Source of the DNA: Candidatus Latescibacterota bacterium
GTDB lineage: Bacteria; Latescibacterota; UBA2968; UBA8231
Direction of reading: 5' to 3'
Assembly (NCBI GenBank): GCA_965217585.1
Contig: OZ244561.1
Span: forward strand, 2,400,001 to 2,464,000
Length of the DNA stretch: 64,000 nucleotides
Shown here: positions 37,703 through 46,755 of the stretch, piece after piece
Position numbering within the stretch: the first letter of the stretch is position 1
Layout of the letters: each line of letters begins with the position of its first letter
Translations under genes and position numbers: made by a program
Notes under the pieces: generated by a model
The model's database searches: none
Told to the model about the DNA's origin: nothing
What the model saw: the letters and a program-made list of their open reading frames with translations, nothing else

Positions 37703-39070
37703 CTATGGCTGGTTGCCCATAATGGTAATCTCGCCCCCAAAGCCACCGGCAATTATCCTAGCGGCGAATGCCTGGACCAGACCGCTCGGCAGGTTGGGGT
37801 TGTCCTCAATCCACAGGTACTCCCCGACGCTTTGCACGTTGTCCAAGGCTTTGAGGCTGGCCAGAGACATATTGCCATCTATCTGCAGGACGTTTCCGAC
37901 GCTTTGCAGATTGTCGAGGCCCTCGAGAGAGACCAGGGATGCATTTCGGTGGATCATCAGGCGACTCTCGATCCGAGTGAGCTTGTCCAGGCCCTTAAGG
38001 TCGGTCAGGGCATCGCTGCCCCAGATCGTCAGGCCCCCCCCGACGCTATGGAGGCTGCGCAGCCCCTCCAGGCTGGTCAGCAGTCTATTGTCGCGAATTA
38101 TCAATTCATCTCCGACGCTTTGCAGGTTGTGCAGACCTTCCAAGCTGGTCAGAGAGACATTGCGGTAGAGACTCAGGTTGCCCCCGATGCTTCGCAGGTT
38201 GTCCAAACCTTCCAGATTGGTCAGAAGGTCGTTGTGCAGGATATGCAGTTCGCCGCCGACGCTTTGCACGTTGTGCAGACCTTCCAGGCTGGTCAGAGCA
38301 AAATTGTGCTGGATGTGCAGATCGCCCGCGATGCTTTGCAGGCTGCGCAGCCCCTCCAGAGTAATTAGACCAAAGTTGTAGCCGATAATAGGGAGGCCGA
38401 GCTTCAGCGATCCCCCGATACTTTGCAGGTTGCGCAGCCCCTCCAGGTTGGACAGGGCCTCACCGTCGCTGAAGATACTTCCCTCGGACTCGCGCGCTGC
38501 TTGCTCATCGCCCTGGCTGCGAGTATGTCTTCGTTTTCTTTCGTCATAGTCCAGAGGTTCATTGCCGAAGATCCCCAAGTCTCCATCGATGCGGGTGACG
38601 TTGCGCAGGCCCTCCAGACTGGTCAGGGACGCATTGTCTCTGATTTCCAGCTTGCCTCCAATTCGGGCGAGCTTGTGCAAGCCATCCACATTGGTCAACG
38701 CTCGATTGTTGACAATTTCCAGGTCTCCATCGATGCGGGTGACGTTGCGAAAGCCGTCCAGACTGGTCAGGGCTGGATTGGCGCGCAGCCGCAAACCGCC
38801 GACACTATAAAGGTTGCCCAGGCCCTCCAGGCTGGTCAGGGTCGTTTCCTCAATGAACAGCTTGCCGCTGATACTGACGCAACTGCTGCCATCGCCTGCC
38901 AGAGCCTTTAGGTCCTCTAAGGTGCCGATCGAAAAGTCCCCTTCCCGGTTTATCCCTCCTTCAGAGCAGGCATTGCTCCCAATAGATGATGCCGGACCTG
39001 CGTCATCATCCCCGCAGCTGGCGAGCACGGCAGCGGCCATCGCAATCAACAGACCACAGACCATGCGCAT
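37703..39070 (-). CDS. Lipoprotein with receptor-L-domain-like leucine-rich repeats
   Basis: Lipobox LASC. About 13 copies of a 24-aa unit LTSLEGLxNLxSVGGxLxIxxN. Confidence 0.85.
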   Translation of the reverse strand: MRMVCGLLIAMAAAVLASCGDDDAGPASSIGSNACSEGGINREGDFSIGTLEDLKALAGDGSSCVSISGKLFIEETTLTSLEGLGNLYSVGGLRLRANPALTSLDGFRNVTRIDGDLEIVNNRALTNVDGLHKLARIGGKLEIRDNASLTSLEGLRNVTRIDGDLGIFGNEPLDYDERKRRHTRSQGDEQAARESEGSIFSDGEALSNLEGLRNLQSIGGSLKLGLPIIGYNFGLITLEGLRSLQSIAGDLHIQHNFALTSLEGLHNVQSVGGELHILHNDLLTNLEGLDNLRSIGGNLSLYRNVSLTSLEGLHNLQSVGDELIIRDNRLLTSLEGLRSLHSVGGGLTIWGSDALTDLKGLDKLTRIESRLMIHRNASLVSLEGLDNLQSVGNVLQIDGNMSLASLKALDNVQSVGEYLWIEDNPNLPSGLVQAFAARIIAGGFGGEITIMGNQP

Positions 39071-39082
39071 ATGCTCCTCTCT

Positions 39083-40771
39083 TTACTGCTTATATTCGGA
39101 TTCATCCGGTTCGTACAGGGTGAGTACCTGGTTCACCTCCATGCCCGTGAGCTGCTCGACGATGCCACTGGGCCAGCGGATCTCCACCAACTCGATTTTT
39201 TCCACCGCACCAAGCCCAAAATGAAGACGCAAATCATTCTGGGACAGAAAACTTGAACCACTCCTGACCTCGTCGATCTGCAAGCGGCCATCTGCCACGA
39301 CCTTGACCAAGGCTCCAATGCCGTCCCGATTGCTGGAGGGCCTCCGGGGTCGGCCCTGTGAGGCACCGGAGGAGGCGCGGGGGCCATTCCCGATCAGTTT
39401 GACGCCCAGCCAGCGATTCCGATTTCCACCGTCGTTGCGCAGGAGTGCGGCTGGCTGGTTGTTATTGGAGACCACCAGATCCAGATCCCCATCCTCATCG
39501 TAGTCTCCGACCGCCGCCCCGCGGCTCACCTGCACCAGCGCCAAGCCCGGTCCCGCCGAATTAGTCACATCGGCGAACCTGCCCTGACCGTCGTTTCTGA
39601 AAAGTTGGTTCTGCTGGGCATAGGCCACACTAGTGTCGAATAGCTCCACATTGTCATCCAAGTGGCCATTGGCCACGAAGAGGTCGCAGTCTCCGTCGTT
39701 GTCGTAGTCGAAGAAAACCGTCCCCCAGGCCAGAAATCTCAGGCTCGGTATGCCCAATCCCGACTCGAAGGTGGTATCGGCGAAAAACCCGTTGCCCAGG
39801 TTTCGGTAGAGATTGTTGGTCTCCCACTGGTAGTTGGTCACGAAAAAGTCGAAGAACCCATCGTGGTCGTAGTCTCCCGCAGCGACCCCCATCCCGGCCA
39901 AGGCCTCTCCGGCGTCGTCAAAAGCGACCCCGGCCAAGAAACCGACTTCGGTGAAGCGGCCCCCATCATTGCGGTAGAGCAGATTGGGCGTGCGATCCCC
40001 GGCCACGTAAAGATCCAAGTCGCCGTCCTGATCGTAGTCGCTGAAGAGGGCCCCCAGTTCCTTGGCCGCCCGGGGCCGCAAGCCGACTGTATCGCTAATG
40101 TCTACAAAGGTTCCGTCCCCCTCGTTTCGGAAGAAGACATCCGCCTGTGGATCGAAGGCCTCGGGTCCGCAGTAGACCTGTAGCCCTTTAGCTTGAATGC
40201 AGGGCGGGTTTACCTCCGGCGGGTACTCCACGTAATTGGCCACATAGAGGTCGGGATCGCCGTCCTGGTCGTAGTCTGCAAAAGCCGCTCCTGTGCTAAA
40301 ACCCGGATGGCCCACTCCCGAGCGGCTTGTCACATTGGTAAAGCTCCCATCGCCATTGTTGCGGTAGAGGATATTGGGCCCGTAGCAAGTGATGTAGAGG
40401 TCGAGATCGCCGTCCTGGTCGTAGTCTGCCGCGGCACAGCCCATCCCGTGGCCCGATTCGGCCACCCCGGCAGTGGCTGTGGTCTCCTCGAAGCGCCCGT
40501 CGCCCCGATTGCGGTAGAGGGCCCCCGACCCGGCGCTGTTGGCAAAGTATAGGTCGAGCCAGCCATCGGCGTCGTGATCAAAGAAAACCACCCCCGAACC
40601 CTGCGTCTCCGGGAAATGCTTTTCCCCTGTCGCCCCATTCTGGTGGCGAAAGGCAATCCCGGCCATAGCAGTGACATCGACGAACTGGACCTCGGCCTTT
40701 GCCGGCAGTTGAAGAAGAACCGCTGCTGCGAGGCAGCACCCGGACAAAGAAATATACCTTACCTTCGCCAA
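39083..40771 (-). CDS. CRTAC1-like FG-GAP/VCBS repeat protein with ASPIC/UnbV domain
   Basis: Signal peptide, repeated DYDxDGDxDLY..N, and C-terminal GSSFLSQNDLRLHFGLG...IRWPSG. Confidence 0.9.
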   Translation of the reverse strand: MAKVRYISLSGCCLAAAVLLQLPAKAEVQFVDVTAMAGIAFRHQNGATGEKHFPETQGSGVVFFDHDADGWLDLYFANSAGSGALYRNRGDGRFEETTATAGVAESGHGMGCAAADYDQDGDLDLYITCYGPNILYRNNGDGSFTNVTSRSGVGHPGFSTGAAFADYDQDGDPDLYVANYVEYPPEVNPPCIQAKGLQVYCGPEAFDPQADVFFRNEGDGTFVDISDTVGLRPRAAKELGALFSDYDQDGDLDLYVAGDRTPNLLYRNDGGRFTEVGFLAGVAFDDAGEALAGMGVAAGDYDHDGFFDFFVTNYQWETNNLYRNLGNGFFADTTFESGLGIPSLRFLAWGTVFFDYDNDGDCDLFVANGHLDDNVELFDTSVAYAQQNQLFRNDGQGRFADVTNSAGPGLALVQVSRGAAVGDYDEDGDLDLVVSNNNQPAALLRNDGGNRNRWLGVKLIGNGPRASSGASQGRPRRPSSNRDGIGALVKVVADGRLQIDEVRSGSSFLSQNDLRLHFGLGAVEKIELVEIRWPSGIVEQLTGMEVNQVLTLYEPDESEYKQ

Positions 40772-40808
40772 GAAGACCCCCGTGAGACTACTTCTAACCC
40801 CTCTGATT

Positions 40809-42167
40809 TCATTCTGTCAGACGTCGGTAGATCTCCAGTTCCGCCTCGCCCTCTGCCCGCCGGTCTTGCCCAAGGTAGATCATGCCCAAGCTGTAGTGCG
40901 CATCGCCGTGGTTGGGCTCTATCTTGATAACTTTCTGGAAAGCCCGGATCGCCCGCGGCGCATCGCCCATGGCCAAGTAGGCGGTCCCGAGGTTGTAGTA
41001 GGCCTGGACATAGCGGGAATTGAGCGCCAAGATCTTCTCGTATTGGCCGATCGCCGCGGCCATTTTCCCTTGCCGGAGGAAGATATTGGCCAAGTTGTTG
41101 CGGGCGCTCAGGTCGGTGGGATTGATGGCCAAAGCTTGTTGGTATTCGGCCGCCGCCGCCGGGAAATGGCCCAAGCCAGCGTAGAGCACCCCGAGATTGT
41201 AACGGGCATCTGCGTCCTCCGGGTAGAGCGTCAGGATATATCGGTAGCGCCTGATTTCATCGCTCGCTTTTCGCAGGCGCTGGAAAGCGGCCAGTAGCTT
41301 TTGGCCTTCCTCAGTCCTTGCCTGTCTGAGGTAGAGCTTTCCAAGCCGGTGATAGGCTTCTTTTTCAAAGGGGTCGGCGGCAAGAGCTTTCTGAAGAGCA
41401 GTCTCCGCTTCGGCGGTCCGCCCTTGCTGGAGAAGCACCTGTCCCAGCAAGGTATAAGCATTGGCGTATCCCGGATTGTGGCGGAGAACGGCTCTGGAGC
41501 TCGCCTCGGCCTCCTCAAGGCGCCCCAACTTGGTATAGATCTGTCCGAGATGATAGTACGCATCAGCGTAGGAGGAATCGAATGCTACTGTCTGCTCGTA
41601 CGCGGCAATGGCAGACTCGGAGCGGGCCTGTTGCTCGTAGACCACTCCCAGATTGTAGTGGATGGCGGCATTCTCCGGTTCGAGCCGAAGCGCCTTGGTC
41701 AAGGCTGCGGCCGCATCGTCATAGCGGCCCTGAGCGCTAAGGACTATGGCAAGCTTGCGATAGGGAGAAACGCGGTCGGGAGCCAGCAAGATCGCCTCTT
41801 CGTAAGCCACGGCGGCAGAGTGATTCCGGCGCTCCCGCATGTACAGATCGCCCAGCGCAATGCGGGCTTCGACATCGTCCGGATAGAGCTGCACGGCTTG
41901 GGCGATGTGTCGCGTAGCCAGCTCAAACTTGCCCTGCTTCTGAAGGATGGAACCGGCAAGCAGGAGGACCTCGAGATGGGTCGAATCCACTTCCAGGGCT
42001 TGCTGGCAAGCTGCGATAGCTTTGAGATAGCTGCCGGCCTCGGCCAGACGCTTGGCCTCGGCGTATGCCGCCTCGACCCGCTTCTGCGACCTCTGGTCGC
42101 CACAGCCGCTGGTGGCGAGGACAGTAAAAAGGGCGAAGCACCAAACTTTAAATACCGGCTTCTGCAT
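40809..42167 (-). CDS. TPR-repeat lipoprotein
   Basis: Lipobox TSGC and roughly a dozen TPR units (AxYNLG..Y). Confidence 0.88.
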   Translation of the reverse strand: MQKPVFKVWCFALFTVLATSGCGDQRSQKRVEAAYAEAKRLAEAGSYLKAIAACQQALEVDSTHLEVLLLAGSILQKQGKFELATRHIAQAVQLYPDDVEARIALGDLYMRERRNHSAAVAYEEAILLAPDRVSPYRKLAIVLSAQGRYDDAAAALTKALRLEPENAAIHYNLGVVYEQQARSESAIAAYEQTVAFDSSYADAYYHLGQIYTKLGRLEEAEASSRAVLRHNPGYANAYTLLGQVLLQQGRTAEAETALQKALAADPFEKEAYHRLGKLYLRQARTEEGQKLLAAFQRLRKASDEIRRYRYILTLYPEDADARYNLGVLYAGLGHFPAAAAEYQQALAINPTDLSARNNLANIFLRQGKMAAAIGQYEKILALNSRYVQAYYNLGTAYLAMGDAPRAIRAFQKVIKIEPNHGDAHYSLGMIYLGQDRRAEGEAELEIYRRLTE

Positions 42168-43806
42168 CCATCTTCTTCAAGCGGTCCTCAAATAGGACGA
42201 TCTTAGAGGCGTACTTCTCCTTCAGGCTGAGAAGTAAGGTGCTGATTAGCTCCTCTTCCTTCTCCTTCCTCAGCCAGTATCGCGCCCTCGTCGACGCCTT
42301 CTCAAAGGGATCGGGCATCAAACCGCTCTTCTCCACCACCTTGAATACTGTATAGCCTTCCTCGAGCTGTAAGGGACCTTTCAGCTCTCCCACCTCTGCC
42401 TGCAAAGCCTCGTCGTAGAGGGGACCGTAATGCGCCTGTCCATAGGTGTGCATATTAATGAAGCCTTTGGTTTTCTCGGCCCCACTTCTGATACTATAGC
42501 GCTCGGCCAAACGCTCCATTTCCTCCCCGTTCAGAATCCGTTTCAAGACCTCCTCGGCCTCTTCCCGGGTTGTACACAGAATCTCCTGGACGGTGATCTG
42601 TTCGGGCTTTTTAAAAAGATGTAGATGGCTTTCGTAGTAGGAGCGCACCGCTTCGTCGCTCAGGTCGATCCGCCGATCCACCTCCCACTCTTTTAAAGTT
42701 TCGATCAGCATAGCCTTTTTCTTGGCCTCCAGCCAAGCGGCTACCGACGAGTCCTGATCAATTCCCTGCTTCAGAGCTGCTGCGGACAGGAGTGGGACCG
42801 GCAAGAGCTCCCGATAGATGAACTCGGCGATGCCGCTGCTGTCAAATCTGACCGATCGGAAGCGGCGGACTCTCTGGTAGGTGTCGGCGAAATCTTTCAA
42901 GGTCAACTGTCCGCCATCGAAACGGCACAGAACCACCTCCTGTTCCCGTTTTGCTATATCCAGAGTATCTGCGCCAGAGCTTGGAGCCCTTTCTAATAAG
43001 AATGAGATGCCTTCCTGGTCTAGCTGCACCTCGAATTGGGTGGCCAGCTCCTCTATCAGCTCTTTATGGCGGGCCCGGGAGGTTTCCGTAAGCTGGACCC
43101 GGGCATAAATAAAGGCGTAACTAGCGGGGGGAGGCCCCTCGGCCACGACATGGAAGATCTCGTACCTATCTCCTATCTCGAAAGGCTGGCTGATCTTCCC
43201 CACCTCTAGCGCGAAAACTTCCTCTGCCACCTCCACCGGCATCCCCTGCTCTTCCACGTTTCCACGCCCGTAGAGGGGACCGAGCAAGCCACCTTGGGAG
43301 GCGGTCTCTCGATCGGTAGAACGAAGTTTGGCCACTTCCCCGAACCCTTTTCCCTGCTCGAGCTCTTCCATTACCTCCCGGGCATCCTTCTCGGTCTCCA
43401 CCTGGATATGGGCCAGCTTCAGCATGCGGTTCCACTTGGACTGCTCGAAGCTACGTCGCAATTCGCCTGATGAAAGATTGATCTTTTCTTGGACTTCCCG
43501 GCGGAGAATCTCCCCGAGCAGTTTTTGCCGCCGCTCGTGCTCCCATTTACCCAGAAACTCCGAATCCTGGTCTATGCCCTGCTTCCGGGCCTCGAGTAAC
43601 ATCAGCTCCATATCGACCATGCTGTCGAGGTATTCGCGCCACACCTGAACGCCCTCCTCCTCAGAGCGGAGCAGAGCGGGCATATCCACATTGAACCGAA
43701 GCAGGTCTTCGACCGTAATCTCCACTGTATCGACCCGGGCTACCACATTGTCGTCCGCTGTGTCACCGCAGCCGGACAGCCACAAAAAAAACGCGACTAG
43801 CGCCAA
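42148..43806 (-). CDS. SurA/PrsA-like foldase with two PpiC (parvulin) domains, predicted lipoprotein
   Basis: LSGC lipobox, VVARVD, HIQVETEKDA..F.EVAK..S.D..GG.LG, and a second QEIL..EEAE..LAERYS. TTG start with AGGAGG RBS. Confidence 0.85.
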   Translation of the reverse strand: MALVAFFLWLSGCGDTADDNVVARVDTVEITVEDLLRFNVDMPALLRSEEEGVQVWREYLDSMVDMELMLLEARKQGIDQDSEFLGKWEHERRQKLLGEILRREVQEKINLSSGELRRSFEQSKWNRMLKLAHIQVETEKDAREVMEELEQGKGFGEVAKLRSTDRETASQGGLLGPLYGRGNVEEQGMPVEVAEEVFALEVGKISQPFEIGDRYEIFHVVAEGPPPASYAFIYARVQLTETSRARHKELIEELATQFEVQLDQEGISFLLERAPSSGADTLDIAKREQEVVLCRFDGGQLTLKDFADTYQRVRRFRSVRFDSSGIAEFIYRELLPVPLLSAAALKQGIDQDSSVAAWLEAKKKAMLIETLKEWEVDRRIDLSDEAVRSYYESHLHLFKKPEQITVQEILCTTREEAEEVLKRILNGEEMERLAERYSIRSGAEKTKGFINMHTYGQAHYGPLYDEALQAEVGELKGPLQLEEGYTVFKVVEKSGLMPDPFEKASTRARYWLRKEKEEELISTLLLSLKEKYASKIVLFEDRLKKMDAEAGI

Positions 43807-43818
43807 CGCTCTTCCCTC

Positions 43819-44586
43819 CTACTGCCCCGGGGCGGGCGGCTCGAGGGCATAGTTGACCTCCCGGGTGAACTGATAGGGAATATCGACTTTCTCCATTGGC
43901 TCGTCCCGGTAGTCGAAGCGCAAGGTCATTTTCTCGATCCGAACCTCGAACTCCTCGACATCGTCGTCCAGCGCAGGAAAAACGACAAACCCTCCCTTTT
44001 CCTGACCACTGAAGATCATATCATCGTTGAAGAGCGTCTTCCTCAGAATGCTCTCTCGCTCCTTGAATGGCTTGTAGGTATTGCCCGCGTAGGCGATTGC
44101 ATAGGGCCAGTAGTATTCGATCAGGGCAGTGAGGCTGAGCGACTGATAGCGCCGTCCGTTGGGGGCTGTGATCTCAATCAAGGCCGGATCCACGCGCACC
44201 TTTGGATAGGCGTAGTTCTTTATCTTTAGCAGAAAGACCGCAAAACGGGCCGGTGCCTGTTCCTCACCCGACGGCTTCCAGTCGCCGTAGGTATAAGGAT
44301 TGACTGGAGCTTGGTACGGATTATCCCGGTAAAAGCCCGCAGGAGAGGTCGAATGAACTTCAAACTGCCGGTTCAGCATTTCGGCAGTTATAGGTTGCAG
44401 GCTGACCTCCAAGCGGCCCTTGACAAAGGTGATGCTGCGGTCATCTCCAACGTTAAATTCCTCGGTCTGCTGGGTCTCGGCAATGGGCACTATGGGTCCG
44501 GGAAAGTGCCGATAGCCCAATTTATAGCCGCAACCACCCAACAGCAGGGCTACTGACGCGATTGTGCTGAGTACAAATATCCCCAT
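43819..44586 (-). CDS. Hypothetical lipoprotein
   Basis: MGIFVLSTIASVALLLGGC lipobox and a beta-rich body. RBS GAGG before ATG 44586. Confidence 0.7.
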   Translation of the reverse strand: MGIFVLSTIASVALLLGGCGYKLGYRHFPGPIVPIAETQQTEEFNVGDDRSITFVKGRLEVSLQPITAEMLNRQFEVHSTSPAGFYRDNPYQAPVNPYTYGDWKPSGEEQAPARFAVFLLKIKNYAYPKVRVDPALIEITAPNGRRYQSLSLTALIEYYWPYAIAYAGNTYKPFKERESILRKTLFNDDMIFSGQEKGGFVVFPALDDDVEEFEVRIEKMTLRFDYRDEPMEKVDIPYQFTREVNYALEPPAPGQ

Positions 44587-44626
44587 CCTAATCACCTCTT
44601 GGCGAGATCTTGCGACGCTTCTAAGT

Positions 44627-46702
44627 TCAATAAGCCACACCTACTACCTGCAATTGATCGAAATCCCCTTGGTCCGCCCCCACCCGTACCCGCGCCACAT
44701 ACACCCCTGGCGGCACCAATGCGCCGGCGGCGTCCCGGCCATCCCATTCCACCACCTCCTGCGGACCGACTCTCTGTACCTCCAGCACCTGCTGCCATAC
44801 CCGCTGTCCCTCTAAGCTGTACATGCCCACCTCCACCTCTGTCCCCCCCAGCACCTGGAACAAAGTGAAGCGGATCGACACTACATCATTAATGCCATCC
44901 CCCTGAGGTGTAAACACCGACGGCTGCACCTCTAACTGGCGCAGAACAGATCCCAGCGACGATTCGACCGCGACCATGCGCAACTGGTTAGTGCCCATCT
45001 CGTCACTGACATCTCCGCTCTCCACTTCCTGCGGCAACCCGGCTTGTTCACGGCGAAATACCTCGGCTCGCAGTGCGCCCGAGGCGCTGTACAATGTTGT
45101 CTCCAGCCGCAGCCGCAACCGCTGGTCGCCGTCTGGACTGAGCGGACGTGGCAAGTACACGGTGAACCCCTGCTCATCAGGCACCACATCGGCTGGATCC
45201 ACAGGCACCGGCTGCAGCGGGTCACCCATCTCCAGACTCAAAAACTCGGCGGCCGAGGGCGCCAATACCCGCACCCCATCAAAACCGGCCTGACCGGCGA
45301 CGAACTCGGCGCCTATTTCGTAGACCAACTCGGTCAGCTCGCCGACGGGCAGCAGGGCCACTCTGCCTTCGGGCTGCAAATCGTCCACCACAGCCACCTC
45401 GCCCAGTATCCGCTCGGCCAACAGCGACGAGGTCTCCACCACCAGCGAGTCGATGCGGGCAAACGATTCTAGGCTCTCACTGTCCATTTCCACCCGCAGC
45501 ATGATAAAGCGGCCGCGCGGCACCCGGGGCTTTTCGCCGGACTGCTCGAGCGGGGGCGACCAGAAGCTCCAGTTGTCCCGGTCTTCAGTGATCGGTCCGG
45601 CCCAGCCGGCCGCCAGCGGGTCAAAGGGCCAGCGCCGCGGTTTGAGGCGAGCGTAATCGGTGGCGCTCACCTCGGTAGGCTGGCGCAAGTCGTTGTAGGT
45701 GTGGTAGGCCACCGGTTCGTCGTCCAGGCCGGTGCGCACGGACACCCTGACCTGAGTGGGCGCTTCGGGATCGGGTTGGGGCTCGGACGCGACCGCGTCC
45801 TTGCGCCAAGTGCTGACACCGAAGTGGATCTGGCCGATGTTGACGATCTGTCCCAGGTCTATGACCTTGGACTCCCAGCGGACCTCGGGCACGACGCCGC
45901 GACCGTACACCTCCAACTCGGACACCGCATACCGCGCGAACGCGGTATTTTGACCTTCTCTACAACATTGCGAGTCCGGAATAAAGCGCAGGCGAAAGAA
46001 GCGCATGTACTGGCGCGGAAAGATAACCTCGATCGTGGATTCGAGATTGCCTTCCACCGAGGCCAGCACAATGTCCAACGGAATGTAGAAACCGTTGCAC
46101 CAAAAGTGATTGGTACACCAAGTGCCGTCTTGCAGCTTTATCACCACCTCATCGTTGCTAGCGGTCAATTCGTAGCGGGGGAAGAAGTAGTTGGGGTCGT
46201 AGGGTTCTTGGGTGATCGGCTCGGTGCCTTCCGGTGGAAGCATTACAAAGCGCTCGGCGGGAATTCGCGTACCTAGATCGATGGAATAAAACTCGCCCTC
46301 CACCCCCCCTTGACCACCGGCTGCGGTAAAGCCTGAGGAGGCATAATAGGTGTCGCGGTCCCCATCTACGAATATCAGCGCATCGGCAACTCGGCCGACC
46401 TCGCGGATGGAGCCAACAGCCCGCCAGACATGAGGCATGCCGGGACGAAAGTCGAACTCGACCGGCTCGCGGAAGCGGAACCAAGGGCCGATCTGGGTGA
46501 CCACGTTCACGTTGGGATCGAGGAAAAGGGGCTGGATCGCTCCTAAGCTAGAGGTCAAATCTACCATCACGTTCAAGGCGGTCTGGTCGGCCCAGGACTG
46601 GCCGTTCTCACCGCCAAGACGCAGCTCAATTAGCTGGGTGGCCGACTCGCGGGGGCTAACTAGCAGCCCTAGGGCAACCAGCGCAAAAAAAGCTCCTCTC
46701 AT
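44627..46702 (-). CDS. Secreted protein with discoidin-like domain and FlgD-Ig/CTD-like C-terminus (paralog 3)
   Basis: Signal peptide, VDGD...IDLG, WSFWSPP and VFTPQGDGIND...WDGRD..G..VPPGVY...VGVAY. Confidence 0.75.
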   Translation of the reverse strand: MRGAFFALVALGLLVSPRESATQLIELRLGGENGQSWADQTALNVMVDLTSSLGAIQPLFLDPNVNVVTQIGPWFRFREPVEFDFRPGMPHVWRAVGSIREVGRVADALIFVDGDRDTYYASSGFTAAGGQGGVEGEFYSIDLGTRIPAERFVMLPPEGTEPITQEPYDPNYFFPRYELTASNDEVVIKLQDGTWCTNHFWCNGFYIPLDIVLASVEGNLESTIEVIFPRQYMRFFRLRFIPDSQCCREGQNTAFARYAVSELEVYGRGVVPEVRWESKVIDLGQIVNIGQIHFGVSTWRKDAVASEPQPDPEAPTQVRVSVRTGLDDEPVAYHTYNDLRQPTEVSATDYARLKPRRWPFDPLAAGWAGPITEDRDNWSFWSPPLEQSGEKPRVPRGRFIMLRVEMDSESLESFARIDSLVVETSSLLAERILGEVAVVDDLQPEGRVALLPVGELTELVYEIGAEFVAGQAGFDGVRVLAPSAAEFLSLEMGDPLQPVPVDPADVVPDEQGFTVYLPRPLSPDGDQRLRLRLETTLYSASGALRAEVFRREQAGLPQEVESGDVSDEMGTNQLRMVAVESSLGSVLRQLEVQPSVFTPQGDGINDVVSIRFTLFQVLGGTEVEVGMYSLEGQRVWQQVLEVQRVGPQEVVEWDGRDAAGALVPPGVYVARVRVGADQGDFDQLQVVGVAY

Positions 46703-46755
46703 AACACATCTTCCTTAAAAGATTGCGCTCAATCCATCCTCATAATGTGTATATA

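Noticed and set aside
37703-38900. 72-nt periodic repeats as a CRISPR or non-coding array
   Set aside because: They are degenerate coding repeats of the leucine-rich protein, with no constant repeat plus unique spacer structure and no cas genes.
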